From the IMG/VR virus record IMGVR_UViG_3300029982_000015: a DNA stretch of 64,000 nt. One strand, given 5' to 3'. A program made the translations under genes and the position numbers. Positions within the stretch are counted from its first letter, which is position 1. Each line of letters opens with the position of its first letter. Below the pieces are notes generated by a model. That model was not told the DNA's origin, made no database searches, and saw only the letters and a list, made by a program, of their open reading frames with translations. Shown here in pieces: positions 9,961-18,604 of this stretch. The stretch comes from a virus (Duplodnaviria; Heunggongvirae; Uroviricota; Caudoviricetes).

Positions 9961-9991
9961 CTAGCCAAACCCGGTATAGGATCGGTATACT
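9961..9991 (+). promoter_or_regulatory. reiterated phage promoter
   Basis: CTAGCCAAACCCGGTATAGGATCGGTATACT. Confidence 0.5.
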
Positions 9992-10029
9992 GGAAACAGC
10001 AGCGAAACACGTCTTGAAAGGACAACCGC

Positions 10030-10572
10030 ATGAGCACCACACCCGCTATTGGAACCCCTGACATCGACCTCGATGATATGATTTTTGTGTTTGGCAGCAA
10101 CGAACTCGGTCGCCATGGCGGTGGAGCAGCAAAGGCTGCAATGTCACATGGAGCCCGGTACGGACAGGGCTTCGGTCTGCAAGGAAAGAGCTTCGCCATC
10201 CCCACCTGTGCCAAGCCTACCAATGAGCCTGACTCCACCATCACCCCGGACATGCTCCGTTACTACATCTATACCTTCATTCTCTTCGCGAAGATGAACC
10301 CCCAACTGACCTTCCAAGTGACTCGTGTCGGCTGCGGCCTTGCTGGCTGGGCGGACGGCGTTGTCGCTCCCCTCTTCACCGAGGCACCGGCAAACTGTCA
10401 GTTTGATGGCGCATGGGAGCCCCTGTTGCCCGGTCGCAAGTATTGGGGCTCATTCGGCGGCATGGTCATCCAATCCCCTGCATTTCAAGCGGCCACGGAT
10501 GTTGTAAAGGGTAGCGTAACCATCGACGCCGAGGCCGATAAGGTCGGCACCGTGAAGCAGTTGATTGGGTAA
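10030..10572 (+). CDS. macrodomain-fold protein (possible ADP-ribose binding/hydrolase)
   Basis: FVFGSNELGRHGGGAAKAA resembles the macro motif VNAANxxLxGGGGVDGAI; GLQGKSFAIPT resembles the macro GxCxTGxAxIT block; ~180 aa. Confidence 0.4.
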   Translation: MSTTPAIGTPDIDLDDMIFVFGSNELGRHGGGAAKAAMSHGARYGQGFGLQGKSFAIPTCAKPTNEPDSTITPDMLRYYIYTFILFAKMNPQLTFQVTRVGCGLAGWADGVVAPLFTEAPANCQFDGAWEPLLPGRKYWGSFGGMVIQSPAFQAATDVVKGSVTIDAEADKVGTVKQLIG

Positions 10573-10574
10573 GC

Positions 10575-11009
10575 ATGAACCGCACCCTGTTCGAAGAAAA
10601 TGTCTATCTGTCGCTCGTTGACGAGGGGGCTACACTCTTCGAACAGGGTAATCATCTCGCGGCTCACAAGTGTTTCTTGAAAGCCTTCCAGATGCACCCG
10701 GAATCACCCATCACTTTGTTCAACCTCGGTCGGTCTCTGGAGGAGTTGAGGGACATCAGGTCGATTGATTTCTATGAGGCAGCAGTCTCGATGGGGAGCG
10801 TTAACGCCTCCTACCAGCTTGCCACTATTTATAGTCAAAACTCATCCCCCGGATACAAAGAAGCTACGATTCGACACCTGAACCTTTATCTGAATAACAC
10901 CCGTGATACCGATGAGTGCCTCCAATGGGCAAAACAACGGCTCAACGAACTCGCTCCAGCACCAAGCAAGCCAGTATTGGTCTGGAGCAAAGGTAAAAGA
11001 GTAGCATAA
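10575..11009 (+). CDS. Sel1/TPR-like repeat protein
   Basis: Two ~36-aa repeats with the A-x-Y-x-L-A pattern (FLKAFQMHPE..., YQLATIYSQN...). Confidence 0.4.
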   Translation: MNRTLFEENVYLSLVDEGATLFEQGNHLAAHKCFLKAFQMHPESPITLFNLGRSLEELRDIRSIDFYEAAVSMGSVNASYQLATIYSQNSSPGYKEATIRHLNLYLNNTRDTDECLQWAKQRLNELAPAPSKPVLVWSKGKRVA

Positions 11010-11025
11010 AATTTTTCTGAAAAAA

Positions 11026-11056
11026 CTAACTAAAACCAACTCCGGTTCGGTATACT
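11026..11056 (+). promoter_or_regulatory. reiterated phage promoter; leaderless
   Basis: CTAACTAAAACC...CGGTATACT; ATG 11063 is 6 nt after the -10 box. Confidence 0.55.
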
Positions 11057-11062
11057 GTGGGT

Positions 11063-11452
11063 ATGGGCAAGAAGGCCAAGACGAAGTTCCCCACTAAGGC
11101 GCAGTTGAATGCGCTGAATATCCACAACGGCCACAACCTCGCTGACCTCACCAAAGACAAGCTATTCATAAGCTTCACCCCAGCCAGTACAGGCCGAGGC
11201 GGTCGGTCGGCTCACTTCCGCGTCTCCCACATCGGGTACCAGTCCGACCCCACTGCCCATTTTTTGGATTATGGATGTAAAACATTCACGGTGTGGGGTG
11301 GTAAGGCTGGTCGGGAGAAAGTTTTGGTCGATGTCATCGCATGGACAAACGCAAAGTATGGTGAACGGGAGTGGGTGAAAGACCCCTTCGGCTCCTATCA
11401 GGATGCACAGGTGATTGCCCTTGCTTGGGAGAAAGTGGAGGCGGCAAAGTGA
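11063..11452 (+). CDS. hypothetical protein
   Basis: ATG 11063 (MGKKAKTKF) placed by promoter geometry; the track start at 11057 is GTG. Confidence 0.5.
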   Translation: MGKKAKTKFPTKAQLNALNIHNGHNLADLTKDKLFISFTPASTGRGGRSAHFRVSHIGYQSDPTAHFLDYGCKTFTVWGGKAGREKVLVDVIAWTNAKYGEREWVKDPFGSYQDAQVIALAWEKVEAAK

Positions 11453-12264
11453 TTAAGGCCGAGTTACTAACCGAGACGAATGAACTCCACTTCCAGCGTA
11501 TGTTGTTGTCGGCGACCTATGGCTTTCAAGAGAAGCATAACGGCCATCGGCTGATTATCTGCAAGCAGGATGGGCAACTCCGCATGTTCAATCGTGAAGG
11601 CGATCCCTCCAGCAAGGCTCTCCACCCCCGCATCAAGACTGCCCTTCTATCACACCGGCTCAGCATGTTTGTAATCGACGGTGAATTGGTCGGCGGAACC
11701 TTCTATATCTTTGACGCTCTGGTGCTCGGGGATGAAGCTATCAACAACGACGCATATGAGTATCGCGAAGCTCGGTACCACGCTGAATTCGACAATATCT
11801 CAAGTCAAATCAGTGTAGTCCCGACCGCACGGACGGCGGAAGAGAAGCGGCTCCTGTGGGACGCAGTGCTGGCATCGCGTGGCGAGGGCATCGTCTCCAA
11901 GAACATGACCGTAAAATATACCCAAGGCATGGCGGGGGCTCACTGGAAGCTGAAATTTTTGAAGTCGGCAGAAGCTGTGGTTATAGGCCCTAGTCCAGAG
12001 GGAAAAGACAGCGTTGAGATTGGCATGTGGGACTCAAACGGTAGAATGCACCGCATCTCCGGCCTCTCGCTCCGCAATAAATACCGGGTCGCACCCGGCA
12101 CTGTTTTGGAGGTTCGTTTCCTTTATGCTACGAAAGAACTTCACATCGTTCAGCCGGTACTTGTTCGTGTACGCACCGATAAACGCGCTGCGGACTGTAA
12201 GTTAACCCAACTTGTCCCTTACATCAACAAAAATTGGGTAAAAAGCGAACTATCCCATGTTTAA
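11449..12264 (+). CDS. minimal ATP-dependent DNA ligase
   Basis: Motif I EKHNGHR (KxNGxR), motif III FVIDGELV, motif IV EGIVSK, motif V WKLK; GTG start overlaps the upstream stop (GTGA); ATG 11501 is an alternative. Confidence 0.7.
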   Translation: MIKAELLTETNELHFQRMLLSATYGFQEKHNGHRLIICKQDGQLRMFNREGDPSSKALHPRIKTALLSHRLSMFVIDGELVGGTFYIFDALVLGDEAINNDAYEYREARYHAEFDNISSQISVVPTARTAEEKRLLWDAVLASRGEGIVSKNMTVKYTQGMAGAHWKLKFLKSAEAVVIGPSPEGKDSVEIGMWDSNGRMHRISGLSLRNKYRVAPGTVLEVRFLYATKELHIVQPVLVRVRTDKRAADCKLTQLVPYINKNWVKSELSHV

Positions 12265-12308
12265 GCCAATTTCACCTTCACTCCGGCCAACCCGAAAGGA
12301 CTGAGAGC

Positions 12309-12497
12309 ATGACACCTTTGTTCAAGGGGGTTATCGCGGTGTTGACGTTCTTCATCGCCTCTGTCTTTTTGTTTATCGCGTGGCTCAACCTTGCCATCGC
12401 TAACACATTCGGTGGAGGCCACCTTCTTTTCGCTGCTCTCCTGCTGATTGCTGTATTGCTCATCGTGCGGGGTGTGAAGATTATCAGGACAATATGA
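12309..12497 (+). CDS. small membrane protein
   Basis: Two TM helices (VIAVLTFFIASVFLFIAWL; LLFAALLLIAVLLIV). Confidence 0.4.
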   Translation: MTPLFKGVIAVLTFFIASVFLFIAWLNLAIANTFGGGHLLFAALLLIAVLLIVRGVKIIRTI

Positions 12498-12748
12498 AAA
12501 TTGAAATCACCATGCAACTAGAACTGCCGCCCTCCGAGTGCGACAACTTCTCCGACGCTGAGATGCGGCAGATGCTGTTCGACAGCATCCAGAACCGGCT
12601 CACGGTGGGTTACTTACAGGCCGCGTGTCATGCTTTCGTGGACAAGAACTTCTCCTCGGAAGAACAACGAACTGCAACACTCTACGTTTACAACACGTGG
12701 GCGGACATCATGAAGTCCGCAACGTGGGATTGGAAAAAGGTGGACTAA
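12494..12748 (+). CDS. hypothetical protein
   Basis: ORF with ATGA overlap at the upstream stop. Confidence 0.4.
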   Translation: MKIEITMQLELPPSECDNFSDAEMRQMLFDSIQNRLTVGYLQAACHAFVDKNFSSEEQRTATLYVYNTWADIMKSATWDWKKVD

Positions 12749-13185
12749 TGGCAAAGAAAGTTCGTAACCCGGAGGCCGCATTTGGTCTTCTTGACTACAC
12801 CATGATTCCTAAGCTTCGGCGTCTACTCAAACCCTATGGTCTGACGTTAAAGACTTGCAGTGACCGCAAAAACTGGGGCGACCAAGTGGAGGTCACTGTC
12901 GAACGGATTGAGCAACCCCTTGACATTGCGGCGGCTCAGGCGAATCTCATCCAGAAAAACAAAGGCATGGGCACCGCTGTTCAGTTCGGTGATAATCGGG
13001 GCGAAGTTGCTACCGCTGTGGCTGAGTTCCTCGCAGCCATGGAAGAAATCCGTGAAGACCCGGATGAAGAAGCGGCCTTCCTGCTCTTCGGCACAACCGT
13101 CATGATGTTTGAATTGCAAGGGCTTATGCTCAGGCCACTGCTCCCCGGAGAATCTAACTTCGATACCAAACAGCCAGATGCTTAA
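12748..13185 (+). CDS. hypothetical protein
   Basis: ATG 12748 with AAAAGGTGG SD; in frame with track ORF 12625. Confidence 0.45.
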   Translation: MAKKVRNPEAAFGLLDYTMIPKLRRLLKPYGLTLKTCSDRKNWGDQVEVTVERIEQPLDIAAAQANLIQKNKGMGTAVQFGDNRGEVATAVAEFLAAMEEIREDPDEEAAFLLFGTTVMMFELQGLMLRPLLPGESNFDTKQPDA

Positions 13186-13193
13186 GAGGAATC

Positions 13194-13415
13194 ATGAAAA
13201 TCGCAATTGGACAAATCAACAACACGGTCGGAGACTTCTACGATAACGTGGAGATGATTAAGAACCAAGCCATCGAAGCCACGGCTCATGGGGCTGTCGC
13301 CATTGTATTTCCGGAATTGGCTGTGTGTGGCTACCCCGTTCGCGACCTTCATTTGGAGGGGTATCCAAATCATCAAACGCACCGACAACTTCAGTATGGA
13401 GTAGAGGAGTGTTGA
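13194..13415 (+). pseudogene. N-terminal fragment of a CN-hydrolase / glutamine-dependent NAD+ synthetase (NadE-like)
   Basis: MKIAIGQINNTVGDFYDNVEMIKNQAIEATAHGAVAIVFPELAVCGYP matches the NadE/nitrilase N-terminus (MKIALAQLNPTVGD...LVVFPELALTGYP) but stops after 73 aa. Confidence 0.45.
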
Positions 13416-13416
13416 C

Positions 13417-13815
13417 ATGCCAACCAAAGTAACCGGATGGAAGAGCGCACGGACGGGTAGGGTATTCGACACTAAGACCGAATGCCGGAAGGATGAAAAC
13501 GTCCTCGATTTGGATAAACTTGCAAGGCTTTACGAACGTATTGCCTCGGGTAAGCCGTGGATGCCAGAGATAGGCGACTACATCTACGTGGAAACCTCCA
13601 TGTACATCGACCACGGCGAAGATGATGTTGTCGGCGGGTTGGCTCAGGTTACCGAAGTTGTGCCAAGTATGAGTGGAGGCAACCCCAATTGTCTCTTTGT
13701 ATCCTTTGCTCAGTACCCCGGCTCTCGCAATTGGTCGCAGTGGCTGGTGAACAAACAGGCTGAGTTAAAGAAAAGGTTTGGTAATGAATTTGCGTACCCT
13801 GACCCCGATTACTGA
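13417..13815 (+). CDS. hypothetical protein
   Basis: 132-aa ORF. Confidence 0.45.
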   Translation: MPTKVTGWKSARTGRVFDTKTECRKDENVLDLDKLARLYERIASGKPWMPEIGDYIYVETSMYIDHGEDDVVGGLAQVTEVVPSMSGGNPNCLFVSFAQYPGSRNWSQWLVNKQAELKKRFGNEFAYPDPDY

Positions 13816-13855
13816 GCAAAGGATATGAACAGTCACATGTATGGTAGGATGAAGT

Positions 13856-13981
13856 ATGCAGCCTTCGGACTATTGGTCAGCACCGGACTATTGGTATACG
13901 CATGGGAGCGTAAAGCGACCGGGCGGCTTATTCATTGTCGGGGCTTTCGGATTCGTCGTAAGTATTTTCTCCCTGATGTAA
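13856..13981 (+). CDS. small membrane peptide (41 aa)
   Basis: TM helix LFIVGAFGFVVSIFSL; ends just before the SD of the next gene; an overlapping-frame alternative is 13825..14031. Confidence 0.25.
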   Translation: MQPSDYWSAPDYWYTHGSVKRPGGLFIVGAFGFVVSIFSLM

Positions 13982-13990
13982 GGAGGTCGA

Positions 13991-14230
13991 GTGAGACAGA
14001 AAATCGACAAAGCGTTGGACAAGTTCGATGAGTTTTTGGCCGGTTTCGACCGGCTATGGAATCGACTCGACCCATTTGATGAAGAGTTACCCGAGTCTAC
14101 CGTAGTCGATACAACCATTCGGGTCAGCCTGACTCGAAAGCAGTTAATGGGTTTGCTCCTCGGGGAGAAAAAGCGGTTACTGTTCAAAGTCAAGGACGGC
14201 GTAGCCATCCAAGTAGAATTGAAGCCATGA
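13991..14230 (+). CDS. hypothetical protein
   Basis: AAGGAGG SD before GTG 13991. Confidence 0.45.
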   Translation: MRQKIDKALDKFDEFLAGFDRLWNRLDPFDEELPESTVVDTTIRVSLTRKQLMGLLLGEKKRLLFKVKDGVAIQVELKP

Positions 14231-14424
14231 GTGAGTTCACCAACGAGCGGCTACTCGACCTTGTGCGGTACATGCGTTTCCCCCTGTATGAAGCGGGGGT
14301 CATCACCGATGAAGAGTATGCGGCATTAGTCGCCGACAGCGAAAGTGGGCAACGTGTGGCTCGAATCGAAGAGTGGGACACCTTAAGAAAAAGGCTGGAG
14401 GCACAGCATGAGAAACAACATTGA
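14227..14424 (+). CDS. hypothetical protein
   Basis: ORF with ATGA overlap. Confidence 0.4.
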   Translation: MSEFTNERLLDLVRYMRFPLYEAGVITDEEYAALVADSESGQRVARIEEWDTLRKRLEAQHEKQH

Positions 14425-15253
14425 ACAGAAATGGCCTAACCACTTCATCGTTATGCGTCACGGGCAATCGAAGAGGAACGTTGACCGTGAGGTTGCAAAG
14501 GCTGCTGGCGGGTACGCCGACTTCTCTTCAGGCATCCGTGACCAAGACACGCCCCTGACGCCGCTAGGCGAAATGCAAGCTCTCAGCGCGGGGGTGGAGT
14601 TACGCAAGAGATTCCCCTTGAGGACAAGCCAAGTCAAGCATGACTTTGGCTGCGAGTTGGATATGGGGGGGAGCTTTTGCTCCTGCGGCTTGTTGGAAGA
14701 TGAAACACGTCTCGGCAAACCGATTGACGTTCTCTACGTCTCCCCCTACCTGCGTACCCGCCAGACCGCAAATAAATTCATTGAGGGTCTTGGTTATACG
14801 CCGGAGCATGTCATTGTGGATGAGCGTATCCGCGAGATTGAGTTCGGCTTGTTGGATGGTCTCGAACACGCCGGTATCAAGGCCAAGTACCCGGAGGAGA
14901 TTGCCCGTAAGGCTAAGGAAGGTAAGTATTGGTACCGGGCACCGGGTGGCGAGTCTCGCCCTGACGTTAAACTTCGCATCCGCTCGTTTCTTGACACGGT
15001 CGTACGGGACTGCCGAGGCTTGAATGTCATGGTGATATGTCATAGCGTAGTCGTTCTCAGCTTCCGTGCAACGCTGGAGAAGTGGGGCGAAGACGATTAC
15101 CTTCAAGTCGATAAAGAGAACGACGTGAAGAACGCCAGCATCACGCACTATGCCTACGAGCATGTGGGAGCATACCCCAACGGGCTCCCTCACTCGAAGC
15201 TGGTGCTCAAAGAATACAACTCAATCTTCTACGCGGAGTATGCAACTAAATAG
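14408..15253 (+). CDS. histidine phosphatase superfamily protein (phosphoglycerate-mutase-like)
   Basis: N-terminal FIVMRHGQSKRN (RHG catalytic motif). Confidence 0.6.
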   Translation: MRNNIEQKWPNHFIVMRHGQSKRNVDREVAKAAGGYADFSSGIRDQDTPLTPLGEMQALSAGVELRKRFPLRTSQVKHDFGCELDMGGSFCSCGLLEDETRLGKPIDVLYVSPYLRTRQTANKFIEGLGYTPEHVIVDERIREIEFGLLDGLEHAGIKAKYPEEIARKAKEGKYWYRAPGGESRPDVKLRIRSFLDTVVRDCRGLNVMVICHSVVVLSFRATLEKWGEDDYLQVDKENDVKNASITHYAYEHVGAYPNGLPHSKLVLKEYNSIFYAEYATK

Positions 15254-15256
15254 ATT

Positions 15257-15511
15257 GTGAGGAAAGAATGGCGAAAGCAAAGGAAGCAACAAAAAAAAGG
15301 CCAGTACCGAGACTCAACAAGGCTGGTATTCGTGGATGAGTACGAATCTAACGGTCCGACGTGGCGTGTTATCGCCGCTTTGAAGGCACTTCAGCGGCTC
15401 CTCCCTGACGGCACCATTGACAGCAACCCAAAGAAGGTTCACACTCGCCTTCCCCAACTGGCGGCTCTCTTGGCTACCGCAAAGCCTATGAAGAAGAAAA
15501 TAGATGAGTGA
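15257..15511 (+). CDS. hypothetical basic protein
   Basis: 84-aa ORF. Confidence 0.35.
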   Translation: MRKEWRKQRKQQKKGQYRDSTRLVFVDEYESNGPTWRVIAALKALQRLLPDGTIDSNPKKVHTRLPQLAALLATAKPMKKKIDE

Positions 15512-15854
15512 GAATCTCGACCTACCCACTAACGGTTGTGCAGCATGGTCGGAGCCGCAGACTAAACTTGCGCGGCTCCGCGATTGTCTCAAGGCGGAAC
15601 TGGTCGCTGAGAAGATTCCCGGCTGTGTGTTTGATGAGTCTATGGGAAAGCACATCGTGCATACCGTGGAGTGGCTCATAGATAAGCTCGTTGATGCTCA
15701 GGTAGAACTGCGTGTTGCTGACGAGGCCCTAAAACTGTTAGCCGATTGTGTTGTCAAAAATCAACCTCTCGGCTTGTTTATGGCCGATGAGTCCGCAACG
15801 GAGATTGTTCGCCTTTGGAAAAACCATGCTGAACTTGTAGTGAAAGGAAAGTGA
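15504..15854 (+). CDS. hypothetical protein
   Basis: 116-aa ORF. Confidence 0.45.
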   Translation: MSENLDLPTNGCAAWSEPQTKLARLRDCLKAELVAEKIPGCVFDESMGKHIVHTVEWLIDKLVDAQVELRVADEALKLLADCVVKNQPLGLFMADESATEIVRLWKNHAELVVKGK

Positions 15855-15858
15855 TGAG

Positions 15859-16362
15859 ATGAGTTACACATCCCTGTATAAAGTCTTCAAGACCAAGAGG
15901 GTGGAGCTTGCAACGTTCCGTAATAGCTATGGCTCTTGTGTTCCTGTGTGGGATTGGCTCAGCCAACAATACCTGAACAAAGACTCTTGGTTCGGTGCAG
16001 ATCGTGCTCTTTGGGATTTGGCTGAAGATCAACGGGTGCCGGTGGATGTTCGCCTGTGTCATGCCTTCACGTTCGACTATGCTGTGGTCAGGCCGGAGCA
16101 CTTCGCCCGTATGAGCGCAGCCTGTGTGGAGATGAATCGCATCCTTGAAACATGGCCCAAATGGGTTGGCTGTGTGAATCACTGGGGCACGATGAGTGAG
16201 TTCTTCAAGAGTGTCAAGGAACGGCACAAGATCACCAAGCGGTGCCTCGGTGTTGGAATGAGAGGCACCTCAGTCAGTGACGTGTGGGACAACTACCCAC
16301 GCTACGGCAAGGATAAGGTGTTCGATTGTGTTAGTCACGTTTTGAGCGGTGGAGAAAAGTAA
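15859..16362 (+). CDS. hypothetical protein
   Basis: 167-aa ORF. Confidence 0.45.
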   Translation: MSYTSLYKVFKTKRVELATFRNSYGSCVPVWDWLSQQYLNKDSWFGADRALWDLAEDQRVPVDVRLCHAFTFDYAVVRPEHFARMSAACVEMNRILETWPKWVGCVNHWGTMSEFFKSVKERHKITKRCLGVGMRGTSVSDVWDNYPRYGKDKVFDCVSHVLSGGEK

Positions 16363-16916
16363 TGGGCTGCTGGGAAGAAACTTGTGCATTAACAAATACT
16401 CCAATTTATAACGGTGAACGGTGCGTCATGTTGGAATTGGATGAACCTCAACTGGGTATCTACCTGAAGTTCTCCCCACTGTCTCCCATGGGTACCAAAG
16501 GCTCTGACCACCAATGGCGGATGTTCAAGGCGCTCCACCGAGGCACTTACAACGACTATGGGTGGCTTGAGGAACTCGATAGGCGGGACCGTTTCTGGCC
16601 CTGCATTTTCTTCCACGAGAAGGTATGGGATTGGGCGTTGAAAACTGCTAAACCCCTACCTGAATGGAAGTTTGAAAGCGACTTGTATCCCAGCCTGTCG
16701 TCGGGGCCGTCAGGGTTGGTTGTAACCGACTGGCTTCGCGACATAGCTCGGGTTTGTGACCTTGCATTCTGGCTGCGGAGAAATATCTTCAGCGGTCTTA
16801 TGTTTCAAGGACATCAAGAGGGAGAAATCACGAAGCGGCAACGAGAGGAGTTCTTTTCGTTGCAAGCTGACATCACAACTTGCCAAGAGCAAAGATGGGC
16901 TGAGGGGGAGGAATGA
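16362..16916 (+). CDS. hypothetical protein
   Basis: 184-aa ORF, TAATG overlap. Confidence 0.45.
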   Translation: MGCWEETCALTNTPIYNGERCVMLELDEPQLGIYLKFSPLSPMGTKGSDHQWRMFKALHRGTYNDYGWLEELDRRDRFWPCIFFHEKVWDWALKTAKPLPEWKFESDLYPSLSSGPSGLVVTDWLRDIARVCDLAFWLRRNIFSGLMFQGHQEGEITKRQREEFFSLQADITTCQEQRWAEGEE

Positions 16917-17107
16917 AGACCAATTTTCTCATCGTGCAACATCGGGTATACGGTACCCGCACCATCGCCCGACGCGAGGACTACTCGCACTACTCCACGT
17001 ACTTGATGGAGGGCAAGATAGTACCCGATGCGGTTTTCAACGGCAACTGGGAAGTTGTAGCCGACATCAATGTGAACGAGGCTACTATAGACCTCAAAAA
17101 GAGGTAA
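16913..17107 (+). CDS. hypothetical protein
   Basis: 64-aa ORF. Confidence 0.35.
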   Translation: MKTNFLIVQHRVYGTRTIARREDYSHYSTYLMEGKIVPDAVFNGNWEVVADINVNEATIDLKKR

Positions 17108-17125
17108 AAACAGAAAGGACAATAT

Positions 17126-17410
17126 ATGTCTCATTTTGCTGTAACCGTAATCGGCGAAGAACCGGAAAAACAGCTTGCTCCCTACCATGAATTTGAATGT
17201 ACCGGCGTTGACAACGAGTATGTTCAAAGTATAGATGAGGAAGCACGTGAAACGTGGAAGAGGGATGACGATGACTCCAAGAAACCCTTTTTAGAATTCC
17301 TTCAAGATTACTTAAAGAGCGGTCGGATAGGGCTTCATGGAACCCCCGGACTTCAAAGGTTAGACCCCAACTATGAACGGCCAAAGATTACGACCTGTTT
17401 GCCGATGTAG
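17126..17410 (+). CDS. hypothetical acidic protein
   Basis: 94-aa ORF; AGGACAATAT SD-like. Confidence 0.4.
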   Translation: MSHFAVTVIGEEPEKQLAPYHEFECTGVDNEYVQSIDEEARETWKRDDDDSKKPFLEFLQDYLKSGRIGLHGTPGLQRLDPNYERPKITTCLPM

Positions 17411-17461
17411 TCAAAGATACGCCTGAAGCGTAAGATTCAGCGATTCTTCGCAGGGGAGGGG

Positions 17462-17899
17462 GTGAAGCCATTGACAAACCAATTCAGCCAATCACGATAC
17501 TCGAAGGTGGATGGTCCCAAAATGATCTTATACCTGCTATTAGGTACAAGGTTACTTGCCCCGACGGATGGTACGAGTCAGCAAAAGACAACCTCTGTCA
17601 CCTCTCAGGAGCCGAGAACGGCGTTGATTGACGGCGCTCCGTAGGCACCGTATCGGAGGCCGCAACCAGCACGGTGCGACATCACCTGCACCCGTTCGGA
17701 ATACATTGAAAGGGCACGGCGGAAAGCAATTACTACCTTTGCACTGGTAAAAGATGGCAAGTGGTATCAGAGGGGACGTATGGGTTGGTTTGCTTGTGTT
17801 TCAGATGAAAAGGATGAAGCCGTATGGCACCGCGAGTTCTCAGACCTGTTCGATGGCCTCCCAGATAACACGCTCATTACCATCGTTGATTGCCACATC
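17462..17899 (+). pseudogene. ORF interrupted by a single in-frame TAG (17642-17644)
   Basis: ORF 17462..17644 and the same-frame 17645..17899 segment (…KDGKWYQRGRMGWFACVSDEKDEAVWHREF…) are separated only by one TAG. Confidence 0.3.
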
Positions 17900-17911
17900 T
17901 AAAAAGAATTT

Positions 17912-17939
17912 GCAAAAACCAACTAAGACCGTCTATACT
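17912..17939 (+). promoter_or_regulatory. reiterated phage promoter (variant)
   Basis: GCAAAAACC...GTCTATACT. Confidence 0.4.
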
Positions 17940-17958
17940 TCCTCGCAGGGGGAAGGAC

Positions 17959-18216
17959 ATGCCTCGTAGCAACAAAGCATTTGGGTCATACCAAAGTGGC
18001 AGCGGGTGTTCTATCGAACCAGCGATACCGGCTCGGTGGGATGTTTTCCTTAAGGAACTCAACGTAACAGAAATGGAAGCTCTGACAATACTCAGGAGCC
18101 GGTCGGAATTGACACCCCGTATCCGGTCATGGGTAATGACAAACCACAGGTCAGCCTTTGTTCCTGAAGATTTCCTCATGACCTTGGGCATTCAAATGGA
18201 ACTGTACGAAAACTAA
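17959..18216 (+). CDS. hypothetical protein
   Basis: ATG 17959 after a GGGGGAAGG SD; in frame with track ORF 17890. Confidence 0.45.
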   Translation: MPRSNKAFGSYQSGSGCSIEPAIPARWDVFLKELNVTEMEALTILRSRSELTPRIRSWVMTNHRSAFVPEDFLMTLGIQMELYEN

Positions 18217-18224
18217 CGAGTGAT

Positions 18225-18488
18225 GTGATGAGCGACCAACTTCTAACCCGAGACGAGTTCCGCGAGGGCGTATTCGCTAGAGACAGGCACACGTGTGTGA
18301 ATTGTCGCAAGCCGGGAGTTGACGCTCATCACATCATGGAACGCAGACTGTTTCCTGATGGAGGGTATTACCTTTGGGAGCAGGAGAAGTACCCCATCAC
18401 GGTAGACCCTCTCAATGGAGCCGGGTGCGATTACAACGCCATCATCCAAGCGGAGGAGTCCAAGCGGACGTGTGGGGATTCTAAATAA
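18225..18488 (+). CDS. truncated HNH-motif paralog (N-terminal ~60 aa homologous to the start of 19318..20358)
   Basis: LLTRDEFREGVFARDRHTCVNCRKPGVDAHHIMERRLFPDGGY versus LLTRDEFRGLVLARDHNTCAHCGSSGVRLDVHHIMERRLFEDGGY. Confidence 0.45.
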   Translation: MMSDQLLTRDEFREGVFARDRHTCVNCRKPGVDAHHIMERRLFPDGGYYLWEQEKYPITVDPLNGAGCDYNAIIQAEESKRTCGDSK

Positions 18489-18492
18489 ATAC

Positions 18493-18522
18493 TAGCCAAA
18501 AGTAGGGCACTCCGGGTATACT
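18493..18522 (+). promoter_or_regulatory. reiterated phage promoter
   Basis: CTAGCCAAAAG...GGGTATACT. Confidence 0.5.
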
Positions 18523-18604
18523 AGGAGTATGTTGATTGTTTCCTTTGGGTGGGTAGTTTAACAATATACCCATCTCAAGAAAACAAACTACCAAACCCAT
18601 CTAC

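Noticed and set aside
14600-15193. 197-aa minus-strand ORF overlapping the histidine phosphatase gene
   Set aside because: Sense-strand gene has a clear RHG catalytic motif; antisense ORF is unsupported
17754-17969. Track ORF MASGIRGDVWVG... (71 aa)
   Set aside because: It runs through the reiterated promoter at 17912-17939 and reads as low-complexity; the alternate frame (part of the 17462-17899 interrupted ORF) looks more protein-like
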